Assembly: GCA_964475485.1 (NCBI GenBank)
Contig: CAYYWY010000001.1
Location: forward strand, 127,940-191,939
Length of the DNA: 64,000 nucleotides
Origin: an uncultured Nitrospiraceae bacterium
GTDB lineage: Bacteria; Nitrospirota; Thermodesulfovibrionia; Thermodesulfovibrionales; UBA9159
Direction of reading: 5' to 3'
The translations under genes and the position numbers were made by a program. Shown piece by piece: positions 1 through 7,812 of the stretch; positions within the stretch are counted from its first letter, which is position 1, and every line of letters begins with the position of its first letter. The notes beneath the pieces are model-generated. The model was not told the DNA's origin, did not search any database, and saw only the letters and a program-made list of their open reading frames with translations.

Positions 1-422
1 CTCTCTAACTGTCTCATCTTTCGAGCCTGGTAGACGCCGGCTTCGTGGTCATAGCCCAGGAGGTGGAGAAACCCGTGAATGAGCAAGCGTCTTACCTCGT
101 CGTCGAGAGTGTTTCCGTACGACGCCGACTGTCTCTTTGCGGCGTGAAGATTGATGACGACATCGCCCAAGAGAAGGTCCTTTTCCCTGGGCAACTCCCT
201 CCGGTGAAGGTACATTGGAAAGGAGAGGACGTCCGTAGTCTTCTTTACACCACGGTGAAGGTGATTCAGGCGCTCCATCCGGTGGTCGTTCACAAGCAGT
301 ATCCCGAGTTCGGCCTTCTTAAGGTTGAATGACGTGAGAAGTCTCAGGGAGTCCTTTTTTATTCTCTTGAGATTTATCTTTATGAGTCTTTGCCGATTCC
401 TTATGAGAACCATCGTGCGCAT
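1..422 (-). CDS. ybeY: Endoribonuclease YbeY (rRNA maturation factor); 3' end cut by window edge
   Basis: The frame is absent from the ORF track because its stop lies left of position 1. My translation from ATG 422 (alternative ATG 413) reads MRTMVLIRNRQRL...TTDVLSFPM...HGFLHLLGYDHE. This contains the YbeY TDVLSFP and HGxLHLxGYDH zinc-binding motifs. Confidence 0.85.
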   Translation of the reverse strand, partial: MRTMVLIRNRQRLIKINLKRIKKDSLRLLTSFNLKKAELGILLVNDHRMERLNHLHRGVKKTTDVLSFPMYLHRRELPREKDLLLGDVVINLHAAKRQSASYGNTLDDEVRRLLIHGFLHLLGYDHEAGVYQARKMRQLE

Positions 423-1941
423 TCCGGGCAGTCTGCAGATCCCCCGCGAACCCCCTTTCATTTTCCTTGCCCTTCTTCGGCTCCTCGCTGAAATCGAAGC
501 CTGGATAATCCACCCTCTTGTGGAGAATCCCTGTCAGTATATAGGAAAAATGCCTTTTTATCTCCGAGATATCCTTAAGGGTCAATTCGCATTCGTCAAG
601 CTGGCCTTCAAGGAATATATGGTTTATTATCCTGTCCACGAGGGCCGTGATCCTCGCAGGGGTCGGGTCTGAGAGGACCCTTGATGCCGCCTCCACTGCA
701 TCAGCCATCATTACAAGCGCCGCAACCCTGGTCTGAGGTTTTGGGCCAGCATACTTGTAATCCTCCTCGGAGTCGCCAAAATGCTGATCCTTTGCCTTTT
801 GGTAGAAATAGGTCATTAATCCGGTTCCGTGGTGCTGCTGGATAATGTCGATGATAGACTGGGGCAGCTTGTGCTGCCTGGCCAGTTCGATCCCTTCCTT
901 CACATGGGAGCCTATGATCATCGAACTCATATGTGGCGTGAGCTTTTCGTGCTTGCTCAGTGTACCCGAATAATTCTCGACAAAATATTCCGGCATCTTT
1001 ATCTTGCCGATGTCGTGATAGTACGCACTCACCCTGGCAAGAAGGGGGTTCACCCCGACAGCTTCAGCCGCAGACTCGACAAGGTTACCTACTATGACAC
1101 TGTGGTGGTATGTGCCAGGTGCGTTTATCATGAGCGCCTTCATAATAGGCTGATTGAGGTCAAGAAGTTCGAGGAGACTTATGTCGGTCGTGACGTTGAA
1201 GGAATACTCAAGGACTGGCAGAAGCAAGGAGACTACTGCGGGCACGGTGATGGCTGTCGACGCGGCGAAAATCAGTGTGGAAACGGCCTGATCAGTGAAC
1301 AGTTGTCCACGGAAAAGGAGAAGTATGACTGCAGTAATAATGTTCGCCGCCCCAGCGTAGAAGCCGCCTTTCAGGATGGCCGAACGTTTCTTGCACCTGA
1401 TAACGCTGAACGCGGCCGTCAGGCTGCCGACAAAGGCGTAAACGGGATAGAGGGCGTCATGCAGCCAGAAACCCGAAAGGAGGCTGACAATAAAAGAGAA
1501 GAAAATGGCTGTATGAAAGTCGAAAAGCAGTGTAACGAGCATTGCTCCCGCTGCAATCGGCACTCCGAAGACTGCCCCTTCAATAGAGAGAGAGCCGACG
1601 CCTCTGGAAAGGTTGAGGAGCACGTAGTGAGAGACGCGCCCAAGGATGATGGTTGTGACGATCATCAGGCCGAGGAGGACCAGCATGGAGTATTTCCTCA
1701 TATACTGGGGCTTGTATCGGAGGATGTCACGGTAAAGGATGGAAAGGAGAAGACAGGCCACGAGAAACCCGCCGATAAGCGATTCGAGGCCGACCCTATG
1801 CTGAATCACAACAGCTGTAAGCAGGGACAGGGCGATGAGCAGGCTGTATTTCTTCGCCCCTGTTATCTCATTCTGAGGTTTTTGGACTATCTGTGCTCCG
1901 TTTTTCATGCCTCTCATATGCCTTAACGATCTCCTGAACAA
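319..1941 (-). CDS. 7TM-HD membrane phosphohydrolase (PgpH/YqfF-like)
   Basis: Several predicted TM helices are followed by an HD domain (YHHSVIVGNL...YYHDIGK...QQHHGT). It sits in the conserved phoH / 7TM-HD / ybeY order. The start is uncertain (M1, M9 or M12 all overlap the phoH end). Confidence 0.8.
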   Translation of the reverse strand: MFRRSLRHMRGMKNGAQIVQKPQNEITGAKKYSLLIALSLLTAVVIQHRVGLESLIGGFLVACLLLSILYRDILRYKPQYMRKYSMLVLLGLMIVTTIILGRVSHYVLLNLSRGVGSLSIEGAVFGVPIAAGAMLVTLLFDFHTAIFFSFIVSLLSGFWLHDALYPVYAFVGSLTAAFSVIRCKKRSAILKGGFYAGAANIITAVILLLFRGQLFTDQAVSTLIFAASTAITVPAVVSLLLPVLEYSFNVTTDISLLELLDLNQPIMKALMINAPGTYHHSVIVGNLVESAAEAVGVNPLLARVSAYYHDIGKIKMPEYFVENYSGTLSKHEKLTPHMSSMIIGSHVKEGIELARQHKLPQSIIDIIQQHHGTGLMTYFYQKAKDQHFGDSEEDYKYAGPKPQTRVAALVMMADAVEAASRVLSDPTPARITALVDRIINHIFLEGQLDECELTLKDISEIKRHFSYILTGILHKRVDYPGFDFSEEPKKGKENERGFAGDLQTARNAHDGSHKESAKTHKDKSQENKKGLPETSHVIQP

Positions 1942-2917
1942 GCCTGTGGCGTACGACGTCCCTTTCGGAGAAATACACGAACTTGATCCCTTCTATTCCC
2001 GAAAGTATTCGTTCTATCTCGACGAGCCCCGATGTCTTTCCGGCAGGCAGGTCTATCTGTGTTGTGTCCCCAGTGATTACCGTCTTTGAGCTGAAGCCGA
2101 GCCTTGTAAGGTACATCTTCATCTGCTCCGAGGTTGTATTCTGCGCTTCGTCGAGGATGATGAAGGAATCGTTGAGGGTCCTTCCCCTCATGAAGGCGAG
2201 GGGGGCAACCTCAATGATCCCCCGCTCGATGAGCTTTGAGACCTTTTCGGGGTCCATCATGTCGAAAAGCGCGTCGTAGAGAGGCCTCAGATAAGGGTTT
2301 ACCTTTTCATAGATATCCCCCGGGAGGAAGCCCAGCCTTTCTCCAGCCTCAACAGCGGGCCTTGCAAGGACGATTCTGCTAACTTCTTTCTTAAGGAAGG
2401 CGTTTATCGCCATGGCCATGGCGAGATAGGTCTTGCCGGTTCCGGCAGGTCCGATGCCGATGACGATGTCATGGTTCTTTATTGCCTCGACATACTGCCT
2501 CTGCACTTCCGTCTTGGGGATTATGAAACGCTTCTTGGAGGATACCGGGACTTGATTCGTGAAAAGCTCCCTGATGGATACCTCCTCTCCAGCAGAAACG
2601 GCCTTCACCGCAAAACGTATATCATCGGGGTTTAAGAGGTAACCCTCTTCGCTCAACAAGCGCAATTCGTGAATGAGGGTTTCGGCCTTGCGGGCGGCGG
2701 GTTCTTCGCCCTGGATAAATATCTTGTTGCCCCTAGCGCTCAAAGTCACGCCGAGCGTTTCTTCTATGAGTTTGAGATTTTTGGTGAGACTACCGTGAAG
2801 GAAGGGCAGTTCCTTCTCCTCATCGAGGTCTATTTGTGTGGTTACCGTTGCGTCCTCCTTACTTCTTTGGGATTGCAAAGGCGTTGAGGCCGTCGGTCTT
2901 CTTGAGCTTGAGTGCAA
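1868..2917 (-). CDS. phoH: PhoH-like ATPase (PhoH/YbeZ)
   Basis: Walker A GPAGTGKTYLAMA, a Walker B-like ILDEAQNTT, and the usual position upstream of the 7TM-HD gene and ybeY. The start is uncertain (ATG 2917 or in-frame TTG 2878). Confidence 0.85.
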   Translation of the reverse strand: MHSSSRRPTASTPLQSQRSKEDATVTTQIDLDEEKELPFLHGSLTKNLKLIEETLGVTLSARGNKIFIQGEEPAARKAETLIHELRLLSEEGYLLNPDDIRFAVKAVSAGEEVSIRELFTNQVPVSSKKRFIIPKTEVQRQYVEAIKNHDIVIGIGPAGTGKTYLAMAMAINAFLKKEVSRIVLARPAVEAGERLGFLPGDIYEKVNPYLRPLYDALFDMMDPEKVSKLIERGIIEVAPLAFMRGRTLNDSFIILDEAQNTTSEQMKMYLTRLGFSSKTVITGDTTQIDLPAGKTSGLVEIERILSGIEGIKFVYFSERDVVRHRLVQEIVKAYERHEKRSTDSPKTSE

Positions 2918-3464
2918 AGAGCGACGCCTCCTTCTTGTCCCCGAATTCGCCTGTCCTTACCTTATAGAATACCACGCCCTTTGCGTTTGTCTCCTTTGTT
3001 ACCGAAACCTTGTGTCCTTTGGCCTCAAGCTTGCGTTTCATGGCTTCAGCGTCCTTCGGATTTCTGAAAGCCCCGGACTGCACCGTATAGAGGATCTTCC
3101 CCTCTGATAAAGCCCCTGAGGCAGCCGCTTCACCGCCGGCACTGACCTTCGAGGAAGTCCCTGGCGTCTCACTACCTGCGGAAGGCTTCCCGGGTGAGGG
3201 AGCAGCGCCGGGCTGCACGCTATTCGGCACAGAGACCTGCCCGGCAGGCTGCTGTGCAATAGGATCTCCGGCTCCTGCTTCCTGTTTGGCGCTCTGTGGT
3301 ACAGGATCAACAATGGACTGCCGGGCAGCAGGGACATACTGGTAAGAGACACCCCTGCCGACAAAATAGCCCAGGATAAACCCGCCTGTTGTGGCGGTGA
3401 CGGTAATAATAACGAGCATCATCTTCCCGGAAAAGAAGCCCTTGCCCGAAAATCTTCCTCTCAT
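2859..3464 (-). CDS. SPOR-domain (peptidoglycan-binding) membrane-anchored protein
   Basis: N-terminal TM helix, a Pro/Ala/Gly-rich linker, and a C-terminal SPOR-like fold signature (YTVQSGAFRNPKDAEAMKRKLEAKGHKV...FYKVRTGEFGDKKEA). Confidence 0.7.
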   Translation of the reverse strand: MRGRFSGKGFFSGKMMLVIITVTATTGGFILGYFVGRGVSYQYVPAARQSIVDPVPQSAKQEAGAGDPIAQQPAGQVSVPNSVQPGAAPSPGKPSAGSETPGTSSKVSAGGEAAASGALSEGKILYTVQSGAFRNPKDAEAMKRKLEAKGHKVSVTKETNAKGVVFYKVRTGEFGDKKEASLFALKLKKTDGLNAFAIPKK

Positions 3465-4477
3465 AAAATAAGCATAGCATCTCCATAGGAGAAAAATCTA
3501 TATTTCATGGAGATGGCAGTGCGATAGGCATTCATCAGGTTCGTGAGGCCGCAGAGGGAGGATGTCAGCATGAGTGGCGTGGAACCCGGGAGGTGGAAAT
3601 TGGTCAGAAGGGAATCCACTGCCTTGAAGGCGTATCCGGGGTATATGAAAAGATCGGTGTATCCCCTGATTGAGTCGTTACATGCCGGTGCGTTACAAAC
3701 CTCTTTCCACTTCCCGTTGTAAAACCCCTCGATAGCCCTTGTTGTAGTTGTCCCCACGGATACCACCTTTCCTCCGGATCCCTTCACCCTTTCGATCGCC
3801 CGAATGAGGTCTCTATCGATCTCAAAAAACTCCCAGTCCATCGTATGGTCTTCCACATTTTCCGCCCTTACGGGTTTGAACGTACCCGTACCCACATGGA
3901 GGGTGAGGAACCTGATGATAACGCCGTCTTTTTCAATGTTTTCCAGGAGTTCCCGCGTGAAGTGAAGGCCGGCGGTAGGGGCTGCTATGGAGCCGACCCT
4001 GTCTGCATAAACCGTCTGATACCAATCCTTATCCCGTTCGTCCGGCTTCCTTTTAATGTACGGGGGAATGGGCATCAGTCCTACGTTCCACAGCATTTCC
4101 ATTGCATCCGGGCGACTGAAGGTTACGGTTTTCCCATCACGCATCTCTGCCGTGAGTTCGTCTGAAACATATATCGTGCCGGAGTATTTCTCCCTGCAGA
4201 GGACTTCCCATTCCCCTGACCCTCTATCCTTCACGATCAGGAACTCTATCCTTCCTCCGGTCCTCTTTTTCCCGATGATTCTTGCAGGAAAGACCTTTGT
4301 GTTGTTCATAATGAGCAGATCGCCGGGGAGAAGATACTCCTGCAGATGGCTGAATCTCCTGTGCTCGATCGAACCGTTCTTGTGGAGGACCAAGAGCCTG
4401 CAAAAGTCCCTGGGGGAACATGGTTCAGAGGCAATAAGTGATTCGGGCAGGTGGAAATGGAAGTCAGTTGTCCTCAT
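3461..4477 (-). CDS. queA: S-adenosylmethionine:tRNA ribosyltransferase-isomerase
   Basis: The ORF 3461..4621 contains the QueA N-terminus MRTTDFHFHLPESLIASEP at internal M49 (ATG 4477), giving about 338 aa. The body is conserved (VGTTTTRAIE, GLHFT). Confidence 0.9.
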   Translation of the reverse strand: MRTTDFHFHLPESLIASEPCSPRDFCRLLVLHKNGSIEHRRFSHLQEYLLPGDLLIMNNTKVFPARIIGKKRTGGRIEFLIVKDRGSGEWEVLCREKYSGTIYVSDELTAEMRDGKTVTFSRPDAMEMLWNVGLMPIPPYIKRKPDERDKDWYQTVYADRVGSIAAPTAGLHFTRELLENIEKDGVIIRFLTLHVGTGTFKPVRAENVEDHTMDWEFFEIDRDLIRAIERVKGSGGKVVSVGTTTTRAIEGFYNGKWKEVCNAPACNDSIRGYTDLFIYPGYAFKAVDSLLTNFHLPGSTPLMLTSSLCGLTNLMNAYRTAISMKYRFFSYGDAMLIL

Positions 4478-5486
4478 ACGTGCGCACCTCTGTGCCGGGA
4501 TAGAAGAAAGAGAGAATCTCTTTATAGTCCTTTCCCTGCCTGGCCATTTGGAGTGCGCTCCACTGGCAGAGTCCGACCCCGTGTCCGTAACCTTTTCCCT
4601 CAAAGACCACAGAGGCACCATTAGCCCTTATGCTGAAATTAGTGCTCGGTAACCTGGACCATCCCAGGAGCTTTCTGAACTCGGTTGCCTTGACGGTGGT
4701 CTGGCCGGACTCTGATGTGACAGCCAGTTCTCTTGCCCTGCCCGTTGAAGTACGGGAAACTATCGCCATACCCTCAAGGCCCCTGATATTCAGGGCCTTT
4801 TCGATCTCATCCTTGGGTATTCTCCTTTCCCATATCCAGTAGGGCGAAAGTTCACAGCTCGACTCCACCGACTTAAGATAAGGATAGCTCTTCCCAAATA
4901 CCTCCTCGGCCTTTTCCGTCTTTCCGCCGCACGTTGAATGATACAGGGCCTCTATGGGCTTTCCTTCGTAAGTGAGGATTTCTCCCGCTGTTTCCCTCAC
5001 GGCGTAGGCGATCTGTATATGGGAATTGTTGCCCTTATACACCTGGTGCAGGACAGAGGAAGTGAGATGGAACCTTGAATTCGCATTAGCATTCTTTCTG
5101 TTTACCGCATAGGTCCTTGCTATGACGGCCTGGGCCTTCAGCGCCTCAAGTTCCCAGCTTGTTCCGACCTCAGACATGACAACGCTTTCCACGTACCCCT
5201 CGAGAGGGAGTTCATTGATGATGTAGAGGCCCTTTTCGCCCTTCCATACCTCGATATTGCCGCTGTAATGCGTGCCGTTCATTAGGAGGTCGCCCTGCAC
5301 ATTTCCGAGCATTACGATCTTCTCGTCCTTGTCCGGCACACGCAGGTTGTCCTCCAGGATGAGTACCTTTATCTTGGGGGGAGTCGCGGCAAAAGCCGGC
5401 AATGGAGCGATGAATAAAAGGAAAAATGCAGAATTCAGAATTATGAGACAAGAGAGACTTCTGCAAAAAAAAATCAGTTTCGCCAT
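4464..5486 (-). CDS. SpoIID/LytB-domain protein (amidase enhancer family)
   Basis: Signal peptide from internal M100 (MAKLIFFCRSL...LPAFAA, ATG at 5486). SpoIID-like core (EALKAQAVIARTYA...HLTSSVLHQVYKG...HSTCGGKTE). The upstream 99 codons of the tracked ORF look non-coding. Confidence 0.75.
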   Translation of the reverse strand: MAKLIFFCRSLSCLIILNSAFFLLFIAPLPAFAATPPKIKVLILEDNLRVPDKDEKIVMLGNVQGDLLMNGTHYSGNIEVWKGEKGLYIINELPLEGYVESVVMSEVGTSWELEALKAQAVIARTYAVNRKNANANSRFHLTSSVLHQVYKGNNSHIQIAYAVRETAGEILTYEGKPIEALYHSTCGGKTEKAEEVFGKSYPYLKSVESSCELSPYWIWERRIPKDEIEKALNIRGLEGMAIVSRTSTGRARELAVTSESGQTTVKATEFRKLLGWSRLPSTNFSIRANGASVVFEGKGYGHGVGLCQWSALQMARQGKDYKEILSFFYPGTEVRTYEDN

Positions 5487-5613
5487 TTCTGGGTACCAAT
5501 CGGGAATCCAATCCTTTTGAAAAACAAGGAGACCTCGACTCCCGCACGAAGCGAGTCGCGCAGAGTCGCACCGGCCTGCGCGGGAATGGCGGCAAACAGT
5601 ATGAGTAGTGTCA

Positions 5614-5841
5614 TCATCGCCTCCCGAAAAGCCACAGGATGAGTGTGATGATGATGCTGAGGAGTATGCTTGTGGCAAGAGGGAAATAGAAGGTGAAGTT
5701 TTTCCTCTGAACGATAATGTCTCCAGGAAGTCTTCCGAGCCAGGGGGCCTTCCCGGAGATAAGCAGAAGCCCACCGAGAACAACGAGTATTATCCCGGTG
5801 AATATAAGAATCCTTCCCATGAATTGAATGCCGTCACTCAT
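5614..5841 (-). CDS. Small membrane protein, DUF2905-like
   Basis: Two TM helices with the motif LGRLPGDIIVQRKNFTFYFPLATSILLSII, which I recall as DUF2905. An alternative start is ATG 5820. Confidence 0.55.
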   Translation of the reverse strand: MSDGIQFMGRILIFTGIILVVLGGLLLISGKAPWLGRLPGDIIVQRKNFTFYFPLATSILLSIIITLILWLFGRR

Positions 5842-5845
5842 TGAT

Positions 5846-6391
5846 TTATGTAGCTTTCACTGATTTTGCCGCTTCCCTCTCCTTCTTAGAAAATATGCAT
5901 CCGCAATACTTCTGCCTGTAAAGGCCGAGCTCCTTTGAAAGCGCGATGTTTCCCCTGTAGCCGGTTCTGAAGTCCTCTTCATAGAAAGGGATGGAATGTC
6001 GCTTTCCCGTTTCCCTTCCGACGCGCACAATGGCCCCGAAATTCTGGTAGGGGCTGACAAGGAGGGAAGTCGTGAACCCGTCAAGGTTCATCTTCCTTGC
6101 GGTTATCGCGGTCTGTTCGAGGCGCAGTGCGTAACAACGCACGCAGCGGTCCCCTTCGGAATTGCCGATCACCTTAAGGAAGTCGTTTATCCCGTAAAGG
6201 TCCACGTACTCCACATCAAGATCCCACATTCCCTGGAGTTTCAGAAGGGAATCAAGGCGAAGAGAATACTCCGGGTAGGGATGGATATTCGGGTTAAACC
6301 ATAGTCCCTTCACATCTATGCCTCGTGAGAGGGACTTCTTAAGGGGGTAGAGGCTGCAGTTTGCGCAGCAGATGTGCATCAGGAGCTTCAT
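5846..6391 (-). CDS. queH: Epoxyqueuosine reductase QueH (DUF208)
   Basis: N-terminal MHICCANCSLYP Cys cluster, plus CVRCY and YCGC motifs typical of QueH. Size is about 180 aa. Confidence 0.75.
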   Translation of the reverse strand: MKLLMHICCANCSLYPLKKSLSRGIDVKGLWFNPNIHPYPEYSLRLDSLLKLQGMWDLDVEYVDLYGINDFLKVIGNSEGDRCVRCYALRLEQTAITARKMNLDGFTTSLLVSPYQNFGAIVRVGRETGKRHSIPFYEEDFRTGYRGNIALSKELGLYRQKYCGCIFSKKEREAAKSVKAT

Positions 6392-6395
6392 ACTC

Positions 6396-7163
6396 TTATG
6401 GGATACCCAGATTATCGAGAATCCTGCAAAGGCTGTTCAGCGCCGTGGAATCCCCGGGAAGCGCAAAGACCGGTTTGCCGTCAAGATCATATTCAAATAT
6501 GATATCGTCATGGGGAATGAGTCCGCCGACCTCGATACCATAACCCTCCGCCAGTTTTTTCAACTTTGCCCCGTCGGATTCCGAGACCCTGTTGATGATG
6601 AGAACCCTCCTCCCAATATCCAGCCGGAGCTCGTCAACAAGCTCATTGATCCGCTTAGCGGTCTGGACCCCTTTCATTGTGGGGTCGCTCACTATGAGAA
6701 GGAGATCGACGCTATGCGTCGTCCGCCTCGAAAGGTGTTCCATCCCGGCCTCATTGTCAATGACCACATAGGGATATGTTTCCGCAAGCTTGTCGGTGTA
6801 TTTCCTTATTATATTATTGGCGGCGCAGTAACATCCCGGACCCTCGGGCCTGCCCATGACAAGCAGATCCACTCCTCTTGACTCAATGACCGACTGCTGG
6901 ACCTGATAGTCAAACAGCTGCTCCATGCTCATTCCCCCCGGACGGTCAGCGCCGCTCCTCACTGTCTGGAGAGACTCTTCCCGCAGGCGTCCGACAGTGG
7001 TATGGACATTGATACCCAGTGCCTCATTGAGGCATGAGTTGCTGTCCGCGTCAACTGCGAGAACAGGGCCCCGACGCTTCTCAGTGAGATACCTTATGGT
7101 GAGCGCGGCGATGCTTGTCTTACCCGTTCCGCCTTTTCCTGCAAGGGCAATGAGATACGACAT
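6396..7163 (-). CDS. CooC/AcsF-type P-loop metallochaperone ATPase (MinD/ParA superfamily)
   Basis: Deviant Walker A GKGGTGKTS and a CooC-type metal-binding CxC motif (GPGCYCAANN). Size is 255 aa. Confidence 0.7.
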   Translation of the reverse strand: MSYLIALAGKGGTGKTSIAALTIRYLTEKRRGPVLAVDADSNSCLNEALGINVHTTVGRLREESLQTVRSGADRPGGMSMEQLFDYQVQQSVIESRGVDLLVMGRPEGPGCYCAANNIIRKYTDKLAETYPYVVIDNEAGMEHLSRRTTHSVDLLLIVSDPTMKGVQTAKRINELVDELRLDIGRRVLIINRVSESDGAKLKKLAEGYGIEVGGLIPHDDIIFEYDLDGKPVFALPGDSTALNSLCRILDNLGIP

Positions 7164-7175
7164 AAAATATTATAC

Positions 7176-7213
7176 AACAAAAAGAGCATGCCCCACTTCC
7201 GAACGGGGGCATG
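7176..7213 (-). terminator. Intrinsic terminator downstream of zapA
   Basis: On the minus strand: CATGCCCC-(10 nt loop)-GGGGCATG, followed by CTCTTTTTGTTG. Confidence 0.65.
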
Positions 7214-7243
7214 GATGTGCCTTGGGACACGCGCTGATTTCAA

Positions 7244-7510
7244 TCAGTCGAAGAGCCGGGTCAGCGAGGTGGTCTTTTCCTCAATGCTCTTTGCGATGTC
7301 TTCCTGCTCGCTCTTCAGCTTATGGAGTTCATCGGCGATATTAATGGCCGCCAGAATGGCGGCCTTAAGAGGTGTGATATTTGGCGTTGTGTCGGAAACC
7401 TCCTTGATCTTGTCCGAAACGAAAGAGGCGAGCTGCTCAATGTATTTCGCTGAAGCATCACCCTTTATGGTGTACTTCTGCCCCAGTATATAGACTTCCA
7501 CTGAACCCAT
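7244..7510 (-). CDS. zapA: Cell division protein ZapA
   Basis: 88 aa. Contains ILGQKYTIKGDAS...LKAAILAAINIADEL, the typical ZapA pattern. Confidence 0.75.
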   Translation of the reverse strand: MGSVEVYILGQKYTIKGDASAKYIEQLASFVSDKIKEVSDTTPNITPLKAAILAAINIADELHKLKSEQEDIAKSIEEKTTSLTRLFD

Positions 7511-7514
7511 CAGA

Positions 7515-7796
7515 TTATCCCAGATCCACGGTTTCGAGTTCGTTCAGAAGGTCTTCAAGCTGGGTCCTTATCGCATTCTTTTCCGAGGAGAGCCTTTCCA
7601 CTTCCTGATTCCTCTCGTCCAGCAATGCCTCCAGTTCTCTGATCCTGCTCTCGAGGGCTGCCTTTTCCTCTTTCAGGGCCTTGACTCTGTTAACTGCATC
7701 GGCGATCTTTTCATCGAGGTTCTTGAGTCTGTTCAATGGTCTGTCCTCCTTCTCAGGTTTCGAGAATGTATCGTCATCAAAAAGCGTTCTTCCCAT
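7515..7796 (-). CDS. Coiled-coil protein, ZapB-like
   Basis: 93 aa, almost entirely heptad-like coiled coil (KALKEEKAALESRIRELEALLDERNQEVERL). It lies immediately upstream of zapA. Confidence 0.55.
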   Translation of the reverse strand: MGRTLFDDDTFSKPEKEDRPLNRLKNLDEKIADAVNRVKALKEEKAALESRIRELEALLDERNQEVERLSSEKNAIRTQLEDLLNELETVDLG

Positions 7797-7812
7797 GTTC
7801 CATGCTTCTCCT

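Noticed and set aside
45-332. 95-aa plus-strand ORF at the window start.
   Set aside because: The opposite strand encodes YbeY with its diagnostic zinc motif, so this is a shadow ORF.
829-1926. 365-aa plus-strand ORF antisense to the 7TM-HD gene. Similar long antisense ORFs occur at 11973-13298 (441 aa, opposite pilS), 47794-48876 (360 aa, opposite the ThiC-like gene), 55604-56452 and 56747-57547 (opposite copA), and 24152-24733 (opposite dnaE).
   Set aside because: Each lies entirely opposite a gene with unmistakable family motifs. Their translations are low-complexity and Arg/Gly/His-rich with no recognisable motifs. They are typical shadow ORFs.
7164-7243. 6S RNA (ssrS) downstream of zapA, as in E. 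coli.
   Set aside because: Only 80 nt are available. They are occupied by a terminator hairpin and a -10 box, which is too short for a ~180-nt 6S RNA.
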